The position numbers were made by a program, and so were the translations under genes. Shown piece after piece: positions 26,795 to 36,131 of a DNA stretch of 64,000 bases. How positions within the stretch are numbered: position 1 is the first letter of the stretch; each line of letters begins with the position of its first letter. The DNA lies in the sequence record LT960552.1; one strand, written 5' to 3'. A model generated the notes under the pieces. That model saw nothing but the letters and a program-made list of their open reading frames with translations, had not been told where the DNA came from and ran no database searches.

Positions 26795-27607
26795 TTGATG
26801 TTTTTAAAATTCTTTTTAACACATGAAGATTCAAATACTTCAAAAGGTTGGTCTATAGGAAATACTTTATTAGTTAGTACTCATAATGATCATAAGAAAG
26901 AACTATATGAAACTACTAATTTTCATAATGTATTAAGTAACTTAGCATTTCATATGAAATCAACAAATGTACATACTGTTGATAAAGATTATAGAGTATT
27001 TTTAATAAATGTTTCAGATGAAGCCATGTTCCAGTTAGAAATGTTATATATTCCAGAAAATAGTTTTTGTACATATAATATATTAACAGGTAAAATTGGT
27101 TTTGGTGATTCAGAAAGGAATGCGATTTTAGCAAGTTTAGATGAAAAAAATGGTATGAGTTTATCAGGTTGGGTTAAAAATGACAATAAGAATTCATTAT
27201 TTTTCGATTTTAATGTAACCTCAACCAAGTTAATAGATATGGACGAATACCAACTTACTGTACCAGATGCATTTTATGATCAAGTACTTAATGAATTAAG
27301 ACCTTACATATGTCAAGAAAAAATACATTTATTAAAAGTTTTTGGTCAATATGTTTTATATAATAAAACTGCTTTAAATAATTATTTAGATTTATATTTT
27401 GAAAATTTAAATTCTTCTGGTTCAGAAAAGAAAGAAATTGAAATACAATATTGTCAATTAACTAGAATACAAATGGTTTTAGCTATCAAACTATTCATGG
27501 AAGATGATAAAGATTTCATTTTATATAAAGATGAATTTCCTGATGAATACTATTCAATAGGTGAATTGTGTAGAAAAATAATGAACGTTTCAGGTGAAAC
27601 GTTTTAA
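26795..27607 (+). CDS. hypothetical protein (contains DEAMFQLEMLY, paralog-like motif)
   Basis: long ORF. Confidence 0.75.
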   Translation: MMFLKFFLTHEDSNTSKGWSIGNTLLVSTHNDHKKELYETTNFHNVLSNLAFHMKSTNVHTVDKDYRVFLINVSDEAMFQLEMLYIPENSFCTYNILTGKIGFGDSERNAILASLDEKNGMSLSGWVKNDNKNSLFFDFNVTSTKLIDMDEYQLTVPDAFYDQVLNELRPYICQEKIHLLKVFGQYVLYNKTALNNYLDLYFENLNSSGSEKKEIEIQYCQLTRIQMVLAIKLFMEDDKDFILYKDEFPDEYYSIGELCRKIMNVSGETF

Positions 27608-27627
27608 AAAATTATGCTATAATATAC

Positions 27628-27653
27628 AAGACAGCACATCGCTGTCTTTTTTT
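27628..27653 (+). terminator. intrinsic terminator
   Basis: AAGACAGC-acatc-GCTGTCTT + T tract; overlaps the start region of a TGcTATAAT promoter (27615-27623). Confidence 0.7.
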
Positions 27654-27657
27654 AATT

Positions 27658-28137
27658 GAGAAAAACTCTGGATGGCTTTGTTAAGCAAAGATGTTTAAAA
27701 CCTGATCCTATCGAAAAGTAGATGGCAGATGAGTATTCCATTCAGTACGAACAGCAAAAGAAACCCGTTAGAAGTACGTGCAGTCATACAAAGAGACATA
27801 AGACACTGAGATCACGGCAATGCGGCTGTATAAAGCATGACAGTACTACATAAGTTCATGCCTAGATAGACATATAGGATCGCACCTACCTAATGTATAA
27901 GGGAGTCAAAAAATGCGATTGATTTATTACAATATAGATCCGTCCAGATTTTGACAAGTACTTAAGCTGTTCATGTAGCTTGAGTATTCAGTGTGGCAAT
28001 GTATAAAACCACGACCGTTGTATAGAACCGCGATAGAAAGAAACAGGACAACCCGCTTTCACTCTTTTATAGAAATTCGTGACATGAAATTACTACGACT
28101 ATCATCGTCAGTTTTTCTCCCCACCCGATGGGGGGAT
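27658..28137 (+). ncRNA. candidate large structured ncRNA
   Basis: nested helices 27658-27667/28110-28119, 27667-27675/27940-27948, 27704-27711/27874-27881; 12-bp hairpin 27957-27988; G.U pairs favour + strand; no credible ORF. Confidence 0.65.
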
Positions 28138-28210
28138 GAAAATACATTAACAAATCTCGTCAGTATTATAAACAGAAGTACTATTCAGTACTATATTAAT
28201 TAAGAAATTT

Positions 28211-28310
28211 AAATCACAAATGAACGTAGTGCAAACGAAGTTCATAAGTGATTTACTGGAACATCGTAGATGTTCCTTGTATAAATGAGAATCGGCAAAG
28301 TACTGATTCT
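28211..28310 (+). ncRNA. three consecutive hairpins (3' domain of the RNA or separate leader)
   Basis: stems 28211-28254, 28258-28276, 28288-28310. Confidence 0.45.
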
Positions 28311-28327
28311 GTAACAGTGAGATATAA

Positions 28328-28855
28328 ATGAAGATTGTATATAAATGCAAAGATACGGATCAAGTATTAACATCCGTAGATATGAGTACGTTTAATGGTT
28401 ATATGATTCAAGTAGAAAACGGAAACAAAATTAGTAATATAACTGAATTAAGTAATAATTTTGTTCTTTCTAAAATTGAGTTAAGACCTACTAAAAAGCC
28501 ACTCATACATAAAGTTGAATACAATGGTCATATAGAATACCGATACAACAATAATAATGTTAGTAGTGTTTATTATGAATTTAACAATAAAAAATACGGA
28601 GAGTATCAGAAGTATGATTTAAATGGAGTACTGTTGGATAGAATTTTTTATTTTGATGGTTTAGACATTACTACAGAAATTATGCAATTTATTGGTTATA
28701 AAAACGGGTTAACATCATTTAAAGATTATAAATTTAAAGAAGATGAACTGTTTAATATAATGATGAAGTACGGTTTTTATTTTAGATTTTGTAATGACTC
28801 GGAACGGGAAAGTTCTGATTTTGATCGTATCAATGAGTACTGTCAATACATATAA
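28328..28855 (+). CDS. hypothetical protein with a MORN-variant-like segment
   Basis: KKYGEYQKYDLNGVLLDRIFYFDG. Confidence 0.7.
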   Translation: MKIVYKCKDTDQVLTSVDMSTFNGYMIQVENGNKISNITELSNNFVLSKIELRPTKKPLIHKVEYNGHIEYRYNNNNVSSVYYEFNNKKYGEYQKYDLNGVLLDRIFYFDGLDITTEIMQFIGYKNGLTSFKDYKFKEDELFNIMMKYGFYFRFCNDSERESSDFDRINEYCQYI

Positions 28856-28863
28856 GGAAATAT

Positions 28864-29403
28864 ATGGAAGATAATGAAAAAGCTGCATCTGTTCATTTCA
28901 GTTCAGCTAGTAATACATGGGATACTCCTGATGAATTTTATCAGAAGTTAAATGCTGCTTGGAATTTTACATTAGATCCAGCCGCAATGGATGAAACTGC
29001 AAAATGTAACAAGTACTACACTCCTGAAACTGATGGATTATCACATTCATGGAATGGTGAAACTGTATGGTGTAATCCTCCATATGGTAGAGAAATTAAA
29101 AATTGGTATAAGAAATTTGATGAAGAATTTAAGCAAAATGGTACTACTATTGTAGCACTACCACCAGCAAGAACTGACACTATCTATTTTCATAAGTATG
29201 TTAAAGATTCAGCTACTGCTATTTGTTTTGTTAAAGGTCGTTTGAAATTTGATAACAGAAATCTTCCATTATGGACAGAGGAAGGTTCTCATAAAAAGAA
29301 TGGTGCACCTTTTCCTAGTATGATTGTAATATATGATAATGATTTAACAAATGAAAAAATTAAAGTACTACAAGAACTAGGTTTAGTAGTACGTCCTTGG
29401 TAA
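28864..29403 (+). CDS. phage DNA N6-adenine methyltransferase
   Basis: WDTPDEFY..L...FTLDPAA, WCNPPYG catalytic motif, LPPARTDT. Confidence 0.9.
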   Translation: MEDNEKAASVHFSSASNTWDTPDEFYQKLNAAWNFTLDPAAMDETAKCNKYYTPETDGLSHSWNGETVWCNPPYGREIKNWYKKFDEEFKQNGTTIVALPPARTDTIYFHKYVKDSATAICFVKGRLKFDNRNLPLWTEEGSHKKNGAPFPSMIVIYDNDLTNEKIKVLQELGLVVRPW

Positions 29404-29963
29404 ATTTATATATGAAAAATACTTGTATAATGATGTACGGTAGAATGAATCCTGTACACTTAGGTCATAAAAACTTATTTGATCGCGGTAAGTACCTTAT
29501 GGATTCAATACCTGATTCTGAATTTAGAATATACATGAGTACTACACGCGATAAAGATAAAAATCCAATTCCATATTATATTAAACGAAATATGTTAAAT
29601 GATTATTTTCCTACTGTATTTCCATTTTTACAGGATGCACAAGAAAGTACTTTATTTGGTACTTTAGAAAAGATTAATAAGGAATTTGATAATTTAATAT
29701 TTTTATGTGGTAGTGATAGAGTTGAAAATTTTGAAAATATTATTTTCAAGTACAATCATTCACTATATGATTTTAATGTTATTAATATTGAATCGGTAGG
29801 TTGTGATAGAGAATATTGTAGGTATAGTTCTACTAATATGAGACAAGCAATACGTGATAATAATTATGAAGATTTTTGTTCATTTCTTCCCAATCGTGGT
29901 GATGCATTGAATGAAAAATATTTTGAATATATTTCACATTTTATAGGAGTAAACAACTATTGA
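29397..29963 (+). CDS. cytidyltransferase-like (HIGH-family nucleotidyltransferase)
   Basis: GRMNPVHLGH, GSDRV, SSTNMR. Confidence 0.8.
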   Translation: MVNLYMKNTCIMMYGRMNPVHLGHKNLFDRGKYLMDSIPDSEFRIYMSTTRDKDKNPIPYYIKRNMLNDYFPTVFPFLQDAQESTLFGTLEKINKEFDNLIFLCGSDRVENFENIIFKYNHSLYDFNVINIESVGCDREYCRYSSTNMRQAIRDNNYEDFCSFLPNRGDALNEKYFEYISHFIGVNNY

Positions 29964-30274
29964 TGATTTATAAATTAAACCAATTATTTTGGGATACTAA
30001 TGAAAGTACTGGATATCGTCATGTAAGTATAGAATATAATAATCGTACATTAATGGCTGTAACGGCTCATAACGTGTCTGGAACGTGGACATCACGAGTG
30101 ATACCTATGGGATTTTCTTTTGAACTGGATGAGGTACAAGCGGTATCACTCGTGTTTGAATCACTACCATCATTGATGACATTTATGTGTTCAACCAATT
30201 TATCAGTTGAAAATATTCAAAATTTTCTGTTGACAATACAACAAAACTACGATACACTCAGTAAACATATATAA
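29960..30274 (+). CDS. hypothetical protein
   Basis: coupled ORF. Confidence 0.7.
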   Translation: MMIYKLNQLFWDTNESTGYRHVSIEYNNRTLMAVTAHNVSGTWTSRVIPMGFSFELDEVQAVSLVFESLPSLMTFMCSTNLSVENIQNFLLTIQQNYDTLSKHI

Positions 30275-30288
30275 AAAAAGAAGGTAAG

Positions 30289-30861
30289 TTGATGAGCAGT
30301 TTGATGACTAAAACATTTGCCAAGTACTTACGTTTAGGAATTACTCCTAGACCAGTGCGTGGTAATTGGAAAGATGGTGATTACATGTACAGTATCTATC
30401 ATGATGAAGTACAGTACGCTATTGATGATATGGGCGATTACGAAATTGATTTAGATATTGAACATATATTAGAATGTTTAAATGCACGTGAAACCATAAT
30501 TGATCGTAATCATGTAATTGTCAGAGAACTATATGAGCATTTTATGAGTGTATTTGACACTGATATTTGGGTTCGTGTCGGTATTGGGATGCAATTAAGT
30601 GTTGTGTTTGGTTCAGTACATGGTGAATTTGCAACGTTCATGATGGATTTTGTTGATATGGATAAGTTCAATCAAATTGTTGCAGAAATAAGAGAAAAGA
30701 TATTATCAGAAACTGATAAAGAACCTGAAATATTACCATCTGAGTACTACACTTTAATTTTACACAATCGAGAAGACATTAAACTACTTGATGGGTATTT
30801 TAATTCTAAAGTACATGTGTACTTTATGGATGAATTTGAAGATGATGATGATGACCAATAA
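30289..30861 (+). CDS. hypothetical protein
   Basis: ORF, AAGGT RBS. Confidence 0.75.
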   Translation: MMSSLMTKTFAKYLRLGITPRPVRGNWKDGDYMYSIYHDEVQYAIDDMGDYEIDLDIEHILECLNARETIIDRNHVIVRELYEHFMSVFDTDIWVRVGIGMQLSVVFGSVHGEFATFMMDFVDMDKFNQIVAEIREKILSETDKEPEILPSEYYTLILHNREDIKLLDGYFNSKVHVYFMDEFEDDDDDQ

Positions 30862-30878
30862 AAACTAAGGCAAATAAA

Positions 30879-31583
30879 ATGCAAAAAACTGATTATTCCA
30901 AATTACGTACTAAAATTTTAGGAATTATTGAAGGTTTAACAATGACAGATTCAAAGTACTTTGATTTACGAAAAGTACTTATTTATGCTGAAGGAATTCA
31001 TCACTATACTCGTCGTGATGGTTCTCCTGAATTCTCTCATCAACTTGAGATGTTAAGCTTAGCACTTAGTTTACACAATTCATTGATTAAACCATTTGAA
31101 GTTTATATGGCAATTATTGTGCATGATACTATTGAAGATTATCCTGAAAAATCTGAAGAACTTCATTCAATGTTTCCTGATATTGCTCAATATAGTCGTA
31201 AATTATCTAAGTTTGTTGATAGTGATAATAATGAAGATGAAAAAACATATTATAGATATTTTGATAATATTAGTAAATGTGAAGTATGTTCAGTTGTAAA
31301 ATTAATTGACCGTATTCATAATTTAAGTACTGCACCTGGTGTATTCAGTAATACTAAGATTAGTGAATATTGTGATGAAGTTGATACTTATTTTCTTTGT
31401 ATGATGCATATAGCAAAAAGTAATTTCAATCAACGTGAAGTATATGAAGTACTTAAATTTATTCTTCAAAATGAAGTACGTACAATTCGTACATTTTTAC
31501 GAATAGCAACAAATATAGAACAACAAAAAACTATTTCTGCAAGTGAACTAGTTAATCGTTTAAAAGGAAATTCGAGTAAATGA
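30879..31583 (+). CDS. SpoT/Mesh1-like HD-domain (p)ppGpp hydrolase
   Basis: H..TRRDGSPEFSH, VHDTIED, VKLIDRIHNL. Confidence 0.85.
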   Translation: MQKTDYSKLRTKILGIIEGLTMTDSKYFDLRKVLIYAEGIHHYTRRDGSPEFSHQLEMLSLALSLHNSLIKPFEVYMAIIVHDTIEDYPEKSEELHSMFPDIAQYSRKLSKFVDSDNNEDEKTYYRYFDNISKCEVCSVVKLIDRIHNLSTAPGVFSNTKISEYCDEVDTYFLCMMHIAKSNFNQREVYEVLKFILQNEVRTIRTFLRIATNIEQQKTISASELVNRLKGNSSK

Positions 31584-32644
31584 GTTTTGAAAAACAACGT
31601 AATATAATTACCCGCACACTTGGTGAAGACAATATTCGTCTATTAAAAATGACCAATGCTATTCTTGCTGGTGGAGCAATTACTTCTATTTTTAGTGGTA
31701 AAGAAATTAATGATTTTGACATTTACTTTCGTAAAGTAGAAGATTTGCTTGCTTTTGTTCGCAATGCTTATTGTGATGAAGAACATTTAACAGATGATTT
31801 ATTTGCTGAATTAGCACCCTTCTCATTAATATGCACGAGTTATACTACTCGTAGTATTACATTTAATAATGATAATAACTTAAAAATTCAATTAATTCAT
31901 TTTGATTATTTTGACACCATTCAACAAATTTTTGACAGTTATGATTTCCACCACAACATGGGTGCATATGATTTTAGTACTGATGAATTTGTACTAGATG
32001 ACCATTTCTTAACTGATATTGCTCAACGTAGACTTACTTTTAATGATGGTACTAAGTATCCAATTATGAGTACTTTGAGAGTTTCAAAATATATTGATCG
32101 TGGTTATGTAATTTCAAAGAAAGAAATGTTTAAAATTGCATTATCTGTTTCTAGATTAGATATACAAACATGGGATGAACTTGAAGATCAGTTAAGTGGT
32201 TTTTATGGTGTTGATATTTCAAAAATGTTTGATAGAACTGAAGAGTTTAGTTTAGAAAGTGCTATTGGTATGTTAGATAAAGTGGAAGAAATTCCCGAAC
32301 AAGAAAATAATATACATCCTACGTTAAACGATCTATTGTTTAATATTATTGGATCACCTTATACTACACAACGTATTTTCTTTAAGACTGTCATTTTAGA
32401 TGGTATTAATTATGTTTCTACTACTTCAAACGACATATTTACATTAGATACAGTACTACAATGTAATAACATGTGTGTTAGTGGGACAATTAATGAAACT
32501 CGTAACAACAGATATTTGTTTGGAGCAAATAGCCAAATTGCAATATTACAATTACTTGATGGTAATGTTTCAATGAGAGCTAATAATTTAGTACTAAATG
32601 GTACAGTTAAATTATTAGCTATAAAAGATATGAATGAGGTTTAA
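31580..32644 (+). CDS. Pol-beta superfamily nucleotidyltransferase
   Basis: LAGGAI....EINDFDIYF; later IQLIH..FDSYDF, R..KY..RGY. Confidence 0.75.
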   Translation: MSFEKQRNIITRTLGEDNIRLLKMTNAILAGGAITSIFSGKEINDFDIYFRKVEDLLAFVRNAYCDEEHLTDDLFAELAPFSLICTSYTTRSITFNNDNNLKIQLIHFDYFDTIQQIFDSYDFHHNMGAYDFSTDEFVLDDHFLTDIAQRRLTFNDGTKYPIMSTLRVSKYIDRGYVISKKEMFKIALSVSRLDIQTWDELEDQLSGFYGVDISKMFDRTEEFSLESAIGMLDKVEEIPEQENNIHPTLNDLLFNIIGSPYTTQRIFFKTVILDGINYVSTTSNDIFTLDTVLQCNNMCVSGTINETRNNRYLFGANSQIAILQLLDGNVSMRANNLVLNGTVKLLAIKDMNEV

Positions 32645-32646
32645 TA

Positions 32647-32805
32647 ATGTGGTATTTGGAAATAAGTATAGATAATTCTGAAACATCTTACGAAGTGATG
32701 TTTACTGGATTATATCATACAGAACAGGAAGCAAAGAAAGAAAGTAGTGAATGGTTTAGGGGTTTAAAGATTATTAAATTCGTACCAATTTATACTAAAG
32801 AATGA
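32647..32805 (+). CDS. small hypothetical protein (52 aa)
   Basis: GAGGT RBS; missed by the track. Confidence 0.55.
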   Translation: MWYLEISIDNSETSYEVMFTGLYHTEQEAKKESSEWFRGLKIIKFVPIYTKE

Positions 32806-32854
32806 CAATTTAAGGGAGTAGTGTAGCAAGTTTATTCACAAGGAGTGTGGAGCG

Positions 32855-33586
32855 ATGGTAGATCGTATTAAATTTGCAACTGAAATGGCGAACGAATTGA
32901 ACATGGCTAATTTTCAGTCTTTAACATCCGTAATGGCAGAATACGCAACTGCTGGTGCGGTCGATGGTGTTCAATGTGGTCAAGCTAATATGTTAGCTGA
33001 TGTATACAGTACTTTAAATAGTACTCAATATTCAGTAAAAACATATAAAGATGATTTTGTTTCGTTATATATGAACGGTGTAGTTCAAGATGAACGTAGA
33101 TATACTGATCCAATTATTGAACGTAGAGTAGCAGGTGTATCAGATCCTAACGGTGATCCGGTTATTGTACTTCAAGAAGTACTTCAAGATATTCGTGATA
33201 ATGAAAATAAAAGTAAAAGTCATTATGGTGTTAATAACACTGAAACGATTTTACTAGGATATAGTGAAGATGAACAGTTTTATTACTTTAGATTATCTGA
33301 AATGCCTTATGTGTATGAACAACCTGTTATAGTAGATGTGAAGTATTTCACGGATCGTAGCAAGAACTTTAATAAACATGATGGTAACCGTACATCAATT
33401 GTTGGTTTTAATGAGGATGGTATTCAAATTTATGAATGGGTACATCCTAATAATCAAACATACACGAGATGTTTGAAGAAACGTTATTGTTTAGAAGATG
33501 CTGATTCATTCTATTTCAAAATAGAAAAACAATCATATTCACGTCCTGATAATTCAGTACTCATGGGTATGGTTCATATTTGTTAA
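32855..33586 (+). CDS. hypothetical protein
   Basis: GGAG RBS; terminator follows. Confidence 0.8.
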   Translation: MVDRIKFATEMANELNMANFQSLTSVMAEYATAGAVDGVQCGQANMLADVYSTLNSTQYSVKTYKDDFVSLYMNGVVQDERRYTDPIIERRVAGVSDPNGDPVIVLQEVLQDIRDNENKSKSHYGVNNTETILLGYSEDEQFYYFRLSEMPYVYEQPVIVDVKYFTDRSKNFNKHDGNRTSIVGFNEDGIQIYEWVHPNNQTYTRCLKKRYCLEDADSFYFKIEKQSYSRPDNSVLMGMVHIC

Positions 33587-33631
33587 CTAAATTGCCCTGA
33601 TTTTATCGGGGCATTATTTTAAGGAAAGTTA

Positions 33632-33925
33632 ATGATAGATTTAAACAACACCGATTACGTTACGATATTAATAGAAGCTTCAAAAATTTTAGATGGAACT
33701 TTAGTACAGAAACCTACGGGTGAGGTAATTTATACCTTAGAAACTAGAAAACCAAATAAAAATTACATTTACAATGATTGGGGAAGATATGATAAAGATA
33801 ATGGTATGGTTTACTTGAAACATGACAATGGGGTATACTATTCATATCCAAAGAATAGGATGTTAAAAGTGACGATTTACAAGTACGATTTACAAAAATA
33901 TATTGATGAAACGTGTGAATATTGA
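33632..33925 (+). CDS. hypothetical protein
   Basis: AAGGA RBS. Confidence 0.7.
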   Translation: MIDLNNTDYVTILIEASKILDGTLVQKPTGEVIYTLETRKPNKNYIYNDWGRYDKDNGMVYLKHDNGVYYSYPKNRMLKVTIYKYDLQKYIDETCEY

Positions 33926-33984
33926 TTGACATTATTAAAATCTTAAAGTACACTATCAATCTGATTAATTATGAGGTTAACTTT

Positions 33985-34251
33985 ATGTATGCAATATATA
34001 GCTTTGAAGATTTGACTTATCATCATGATTTTAGCTTGATCAAAAAGGGATTTAGTGATATGGAAACGGCAGAATCATTCAAAGCTGAACTTGAGTCTGG
34101 ACGTTTTTCATCTGAATATCTAGCTGAATTAGTTGTATGCAAAGAACTAAAAACTCATGATAACAACGAATCTAACATCGGATTTGATAAAGAAGATATG
34201 ATGGAAGATTATATTGAATTGGTTCACAAATATTTTGGAGATGTAAAATGA
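33985..34251 (+). CDS. hypothetical protein
   Basis: start refined after GAGGT. Confidence 0.7.
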   Translation: MYAIYSFEDLTYHHDFSLIKKGFSDMETAESFKAELESGRFSSEYLAELVVCKELKTHDNNESNIGFDKEDMMEDYIELVHKYFGDVK

Positions 34252-35408
34252 ATACTGAAATTATTTTTAATGATCTAATGAACTTAACGGCAACAAATGA
34301 TGCCTTTATGTGGAAGGATTTTAAATCTGTTGGTGGTGGAACCTTCCGTATTTTTACATACCGCCTTGCAAGTTATACTGATTTTTTATCACCAAGTGCA
34401 TTAGAATGTCGTGGTACAATGTTTGAGATTTCTAAACATGATCATGATACTGGTTCATATCTTCGTGTAGCATCAAGAACTCCACAAAAGTTCTTTAATG
34501 CTTATGAAAACCCATTTACTATGTATGATAAAACTACATTGAGTTCAGAAATTTCGGTTGTAATGGATAAACTTGATGGTTCTATTATTAGTACTTTTAT
34601 GGATGTTGATTTTGTAGTACGTACTAAATCACATGGATCGTTAGATTCTGAACATGCATATAATAGTACTGCACTGTTACATAAAGATAAAGAATTCTAT
34701 GAAGAAGTATTTCAAGCAGAAATGTTCGGATATACAGTAAACATGGAATATACTTCACCGGAATTTCGTATTGTTCTTCCTTATCAAGAAGATGATTTAA
34801 CGGTATTGAATTTACGGCATCGTGCTAATGGATCTTTGTTGATTGGTAAAGAATTAGAGGCTCAATTCCCATTACTTTATGCACGTTCTGTATTTGCAAA
34901 GTACGGTGAAATTGATAGTACTTTTCCAATGCATGAAACATTATATGATAGTATTGAAGCTGTTCGTACTATGACTGATATTGAGGGTTATGTATTGATC
35001 CTTAATGATGGTCGTATGTGTAAGATTAAGACTGACTGGTATAGTGCATTACATTTTACAAAAGATAGTATTAATGTTGATTCACGTTTATATGAAGCAG
35101 TTATTGCTGGTGGTTCAGATGATTTAAAACAATTATTTGGTACTGATCCTTATAGTCTTAAAAAGATCGAAAAAATGGAACAGCTTGTTTTTTCTTGCTA
35201 TAATAAGTTAGTACATGATGTTGAAACGTTCGTAGAAGCGAACAAACACATGGAACGAAAAGACTATGCGTTAAAAGTTCAGGCTGAATTGCCTAATGAA
35301 CTTGGTAAACCAGGTCTAGCATTTAATCTTTATAATTCTAAGCCCGTAGATTATAAAAACACTATGCTAAAATATATGAAGGATGTTCTTAAAGAATTCG
35401 AAGTTTAA
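34248..35408 (+). CDS. rnlA: RNA ligase 1 (T4 RnlA-like)
   Basis: FRIFTYRLASY, ALECRG.MF, P.KFFN, KLDGS (KxDG), EGYV, KIKTDWY. Confidence 0.92.
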   Translation: MNTEIIFNDLMNLTATNDAFMWKDFKSVGGGTFRIFTYRLASYTDFLSPSALECRGTMFEISKHDHDTGSYLRVASRTPQKFFNAYENPFTMYDKTTLSSEISVVMDKLDGSIISTFMDVDFVVRTKSHGSLDSEHAYNSTALLHKDKEFYEEVFQAEMFGYTVNMEYTSPEFRIVLPYQEDDLTVLNLRHRANGSLLIGKELEAQFPLLYARSVFAKYGEIDSTFPMHETLYDSIEAVRTMTDIEGYVLILNDGRMCKIKTDWYSALHFTKDSINVDSRLYEAVIAGGSDDLKQLFGTDPYSLKKIEKMEQLVFSCYNKLVHDVETFVEANKHMERKDYALKVQAELPNELGKPGLAFNLYNSKPVDYKNTMLKYMKDVLKEFEV

Positions 35409-35434
35409 GGACATTTATAGCCTAACAAGGAGTA

Positions 35435-35674
35435 GTGATGGCTAAACCGAAATATAATTCAAAAAAGGGCGATGTACGAACACCTGAAGAACATAGAAAA
35501 ATACTACAAGAAATAGACGCTGTGCAAAGTGAACGCTCAAGGAAAGGGGTTGCTAAAAGTGCAAAGCGTCTAAAAAATACTTTAGGTATTAGCAGTACTA
35601 TGTATAAAAAGGAACGTAAGCCTAAAAATACCAAACCAAAGATTTATGATTTAGGAAGATACGCACGTGAGTAA
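35435..35674 (+). CDS. small basic protein
   Basis: AGGAG RBS. Confidence 0.7.
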   Translation: MMAKPKYNSKKGDVRTPEEHRKILQEIDAVQSERSRKGVAKSAKRLKNTLGISSTMYKKERKPKNTKPKIYDLGRYARE

Positions 35675-35894
35675 TATCCAAACAATAGAACTAGTTAAAG
35701 TTGTATATAAAGATCGTGAGTTTTTTCTTATACCTGCATCAGCACCGCTTTCCTATTCAGAAAAAAATGAAATGGTAAGTTATGTTAGAGATATTGGTGA
35801 TGTTGCATTTATTGTTGATGATGAAGTGTACTTCGATGAAGGAGCTAACTTCAACTTAACAATGAAGTACTGTAACAAATACGTTTTCATTTAA
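35667..35894 (+). CDS. hypothetical protein
   Basis: coupled ORF. Confidence 0.65.
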   Translation: MSNIQTIELVKVVYKDREFFLIPASAPLSYSEKNEMVSYVRDIGDVAFIVDDEVYFDEGANFNLTMKYCNKYVFI

Positions 35895-35906
35895 AAGGAG
35901 ATTTCC

Positions 35907-36131
35907 ATGAAAGTAGAAGTTCAACACAGTATTGTACAAGACATGTCGGTAGTTAAGTTTTTATCTTTAAAAGATTATCACCGAGCACTTGACTTTTTAG
36001 ACAAGAATGGGTTATCATGGACACCTCTTAAATATAGTTCTCGATTAGACACGGCGAGTATTCGTGTATCAGAGCATGTATTAACAATAATCACTGATAA
36101 ATTTGGAATAGGAAAATCATGCCAACATTAA
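35907..36131 (+). CDS. hypothetical protein
   Basis: AGGAG RBS. Confidence 0.75.
   Translation: MKVEVQHSIVQDMSVVKFLSLKDYHRALDFLDKNGLSWTPLKYSSRLDTASIRVSEHVLTIITDKFGIGKSCQH

Noticed and set aside
27658-28137. RNase P, tmRNA, 6S or group I/II intron identity
   Set aside because: Partial look-alikes (GAGAAAAACTCTGG, ACAACCCGCTT, ACGACTA) cannot form RNase P P4 or intron P7/domain V. There is no tRNA-like ends or tag ORF.
27991-28350. ORFs 27991-28203 (+) and 28147-28350 (-) as genes
   Set aside because: No RBS, GTG or atypical context, atypical composition, and they overlap the strongest RNA helices.
28864-29403. Claim that this methyltransferase targets AGTACT
   Set aside because: Specificity cannot be read from the sequence; kept only as a testable hypothesis.
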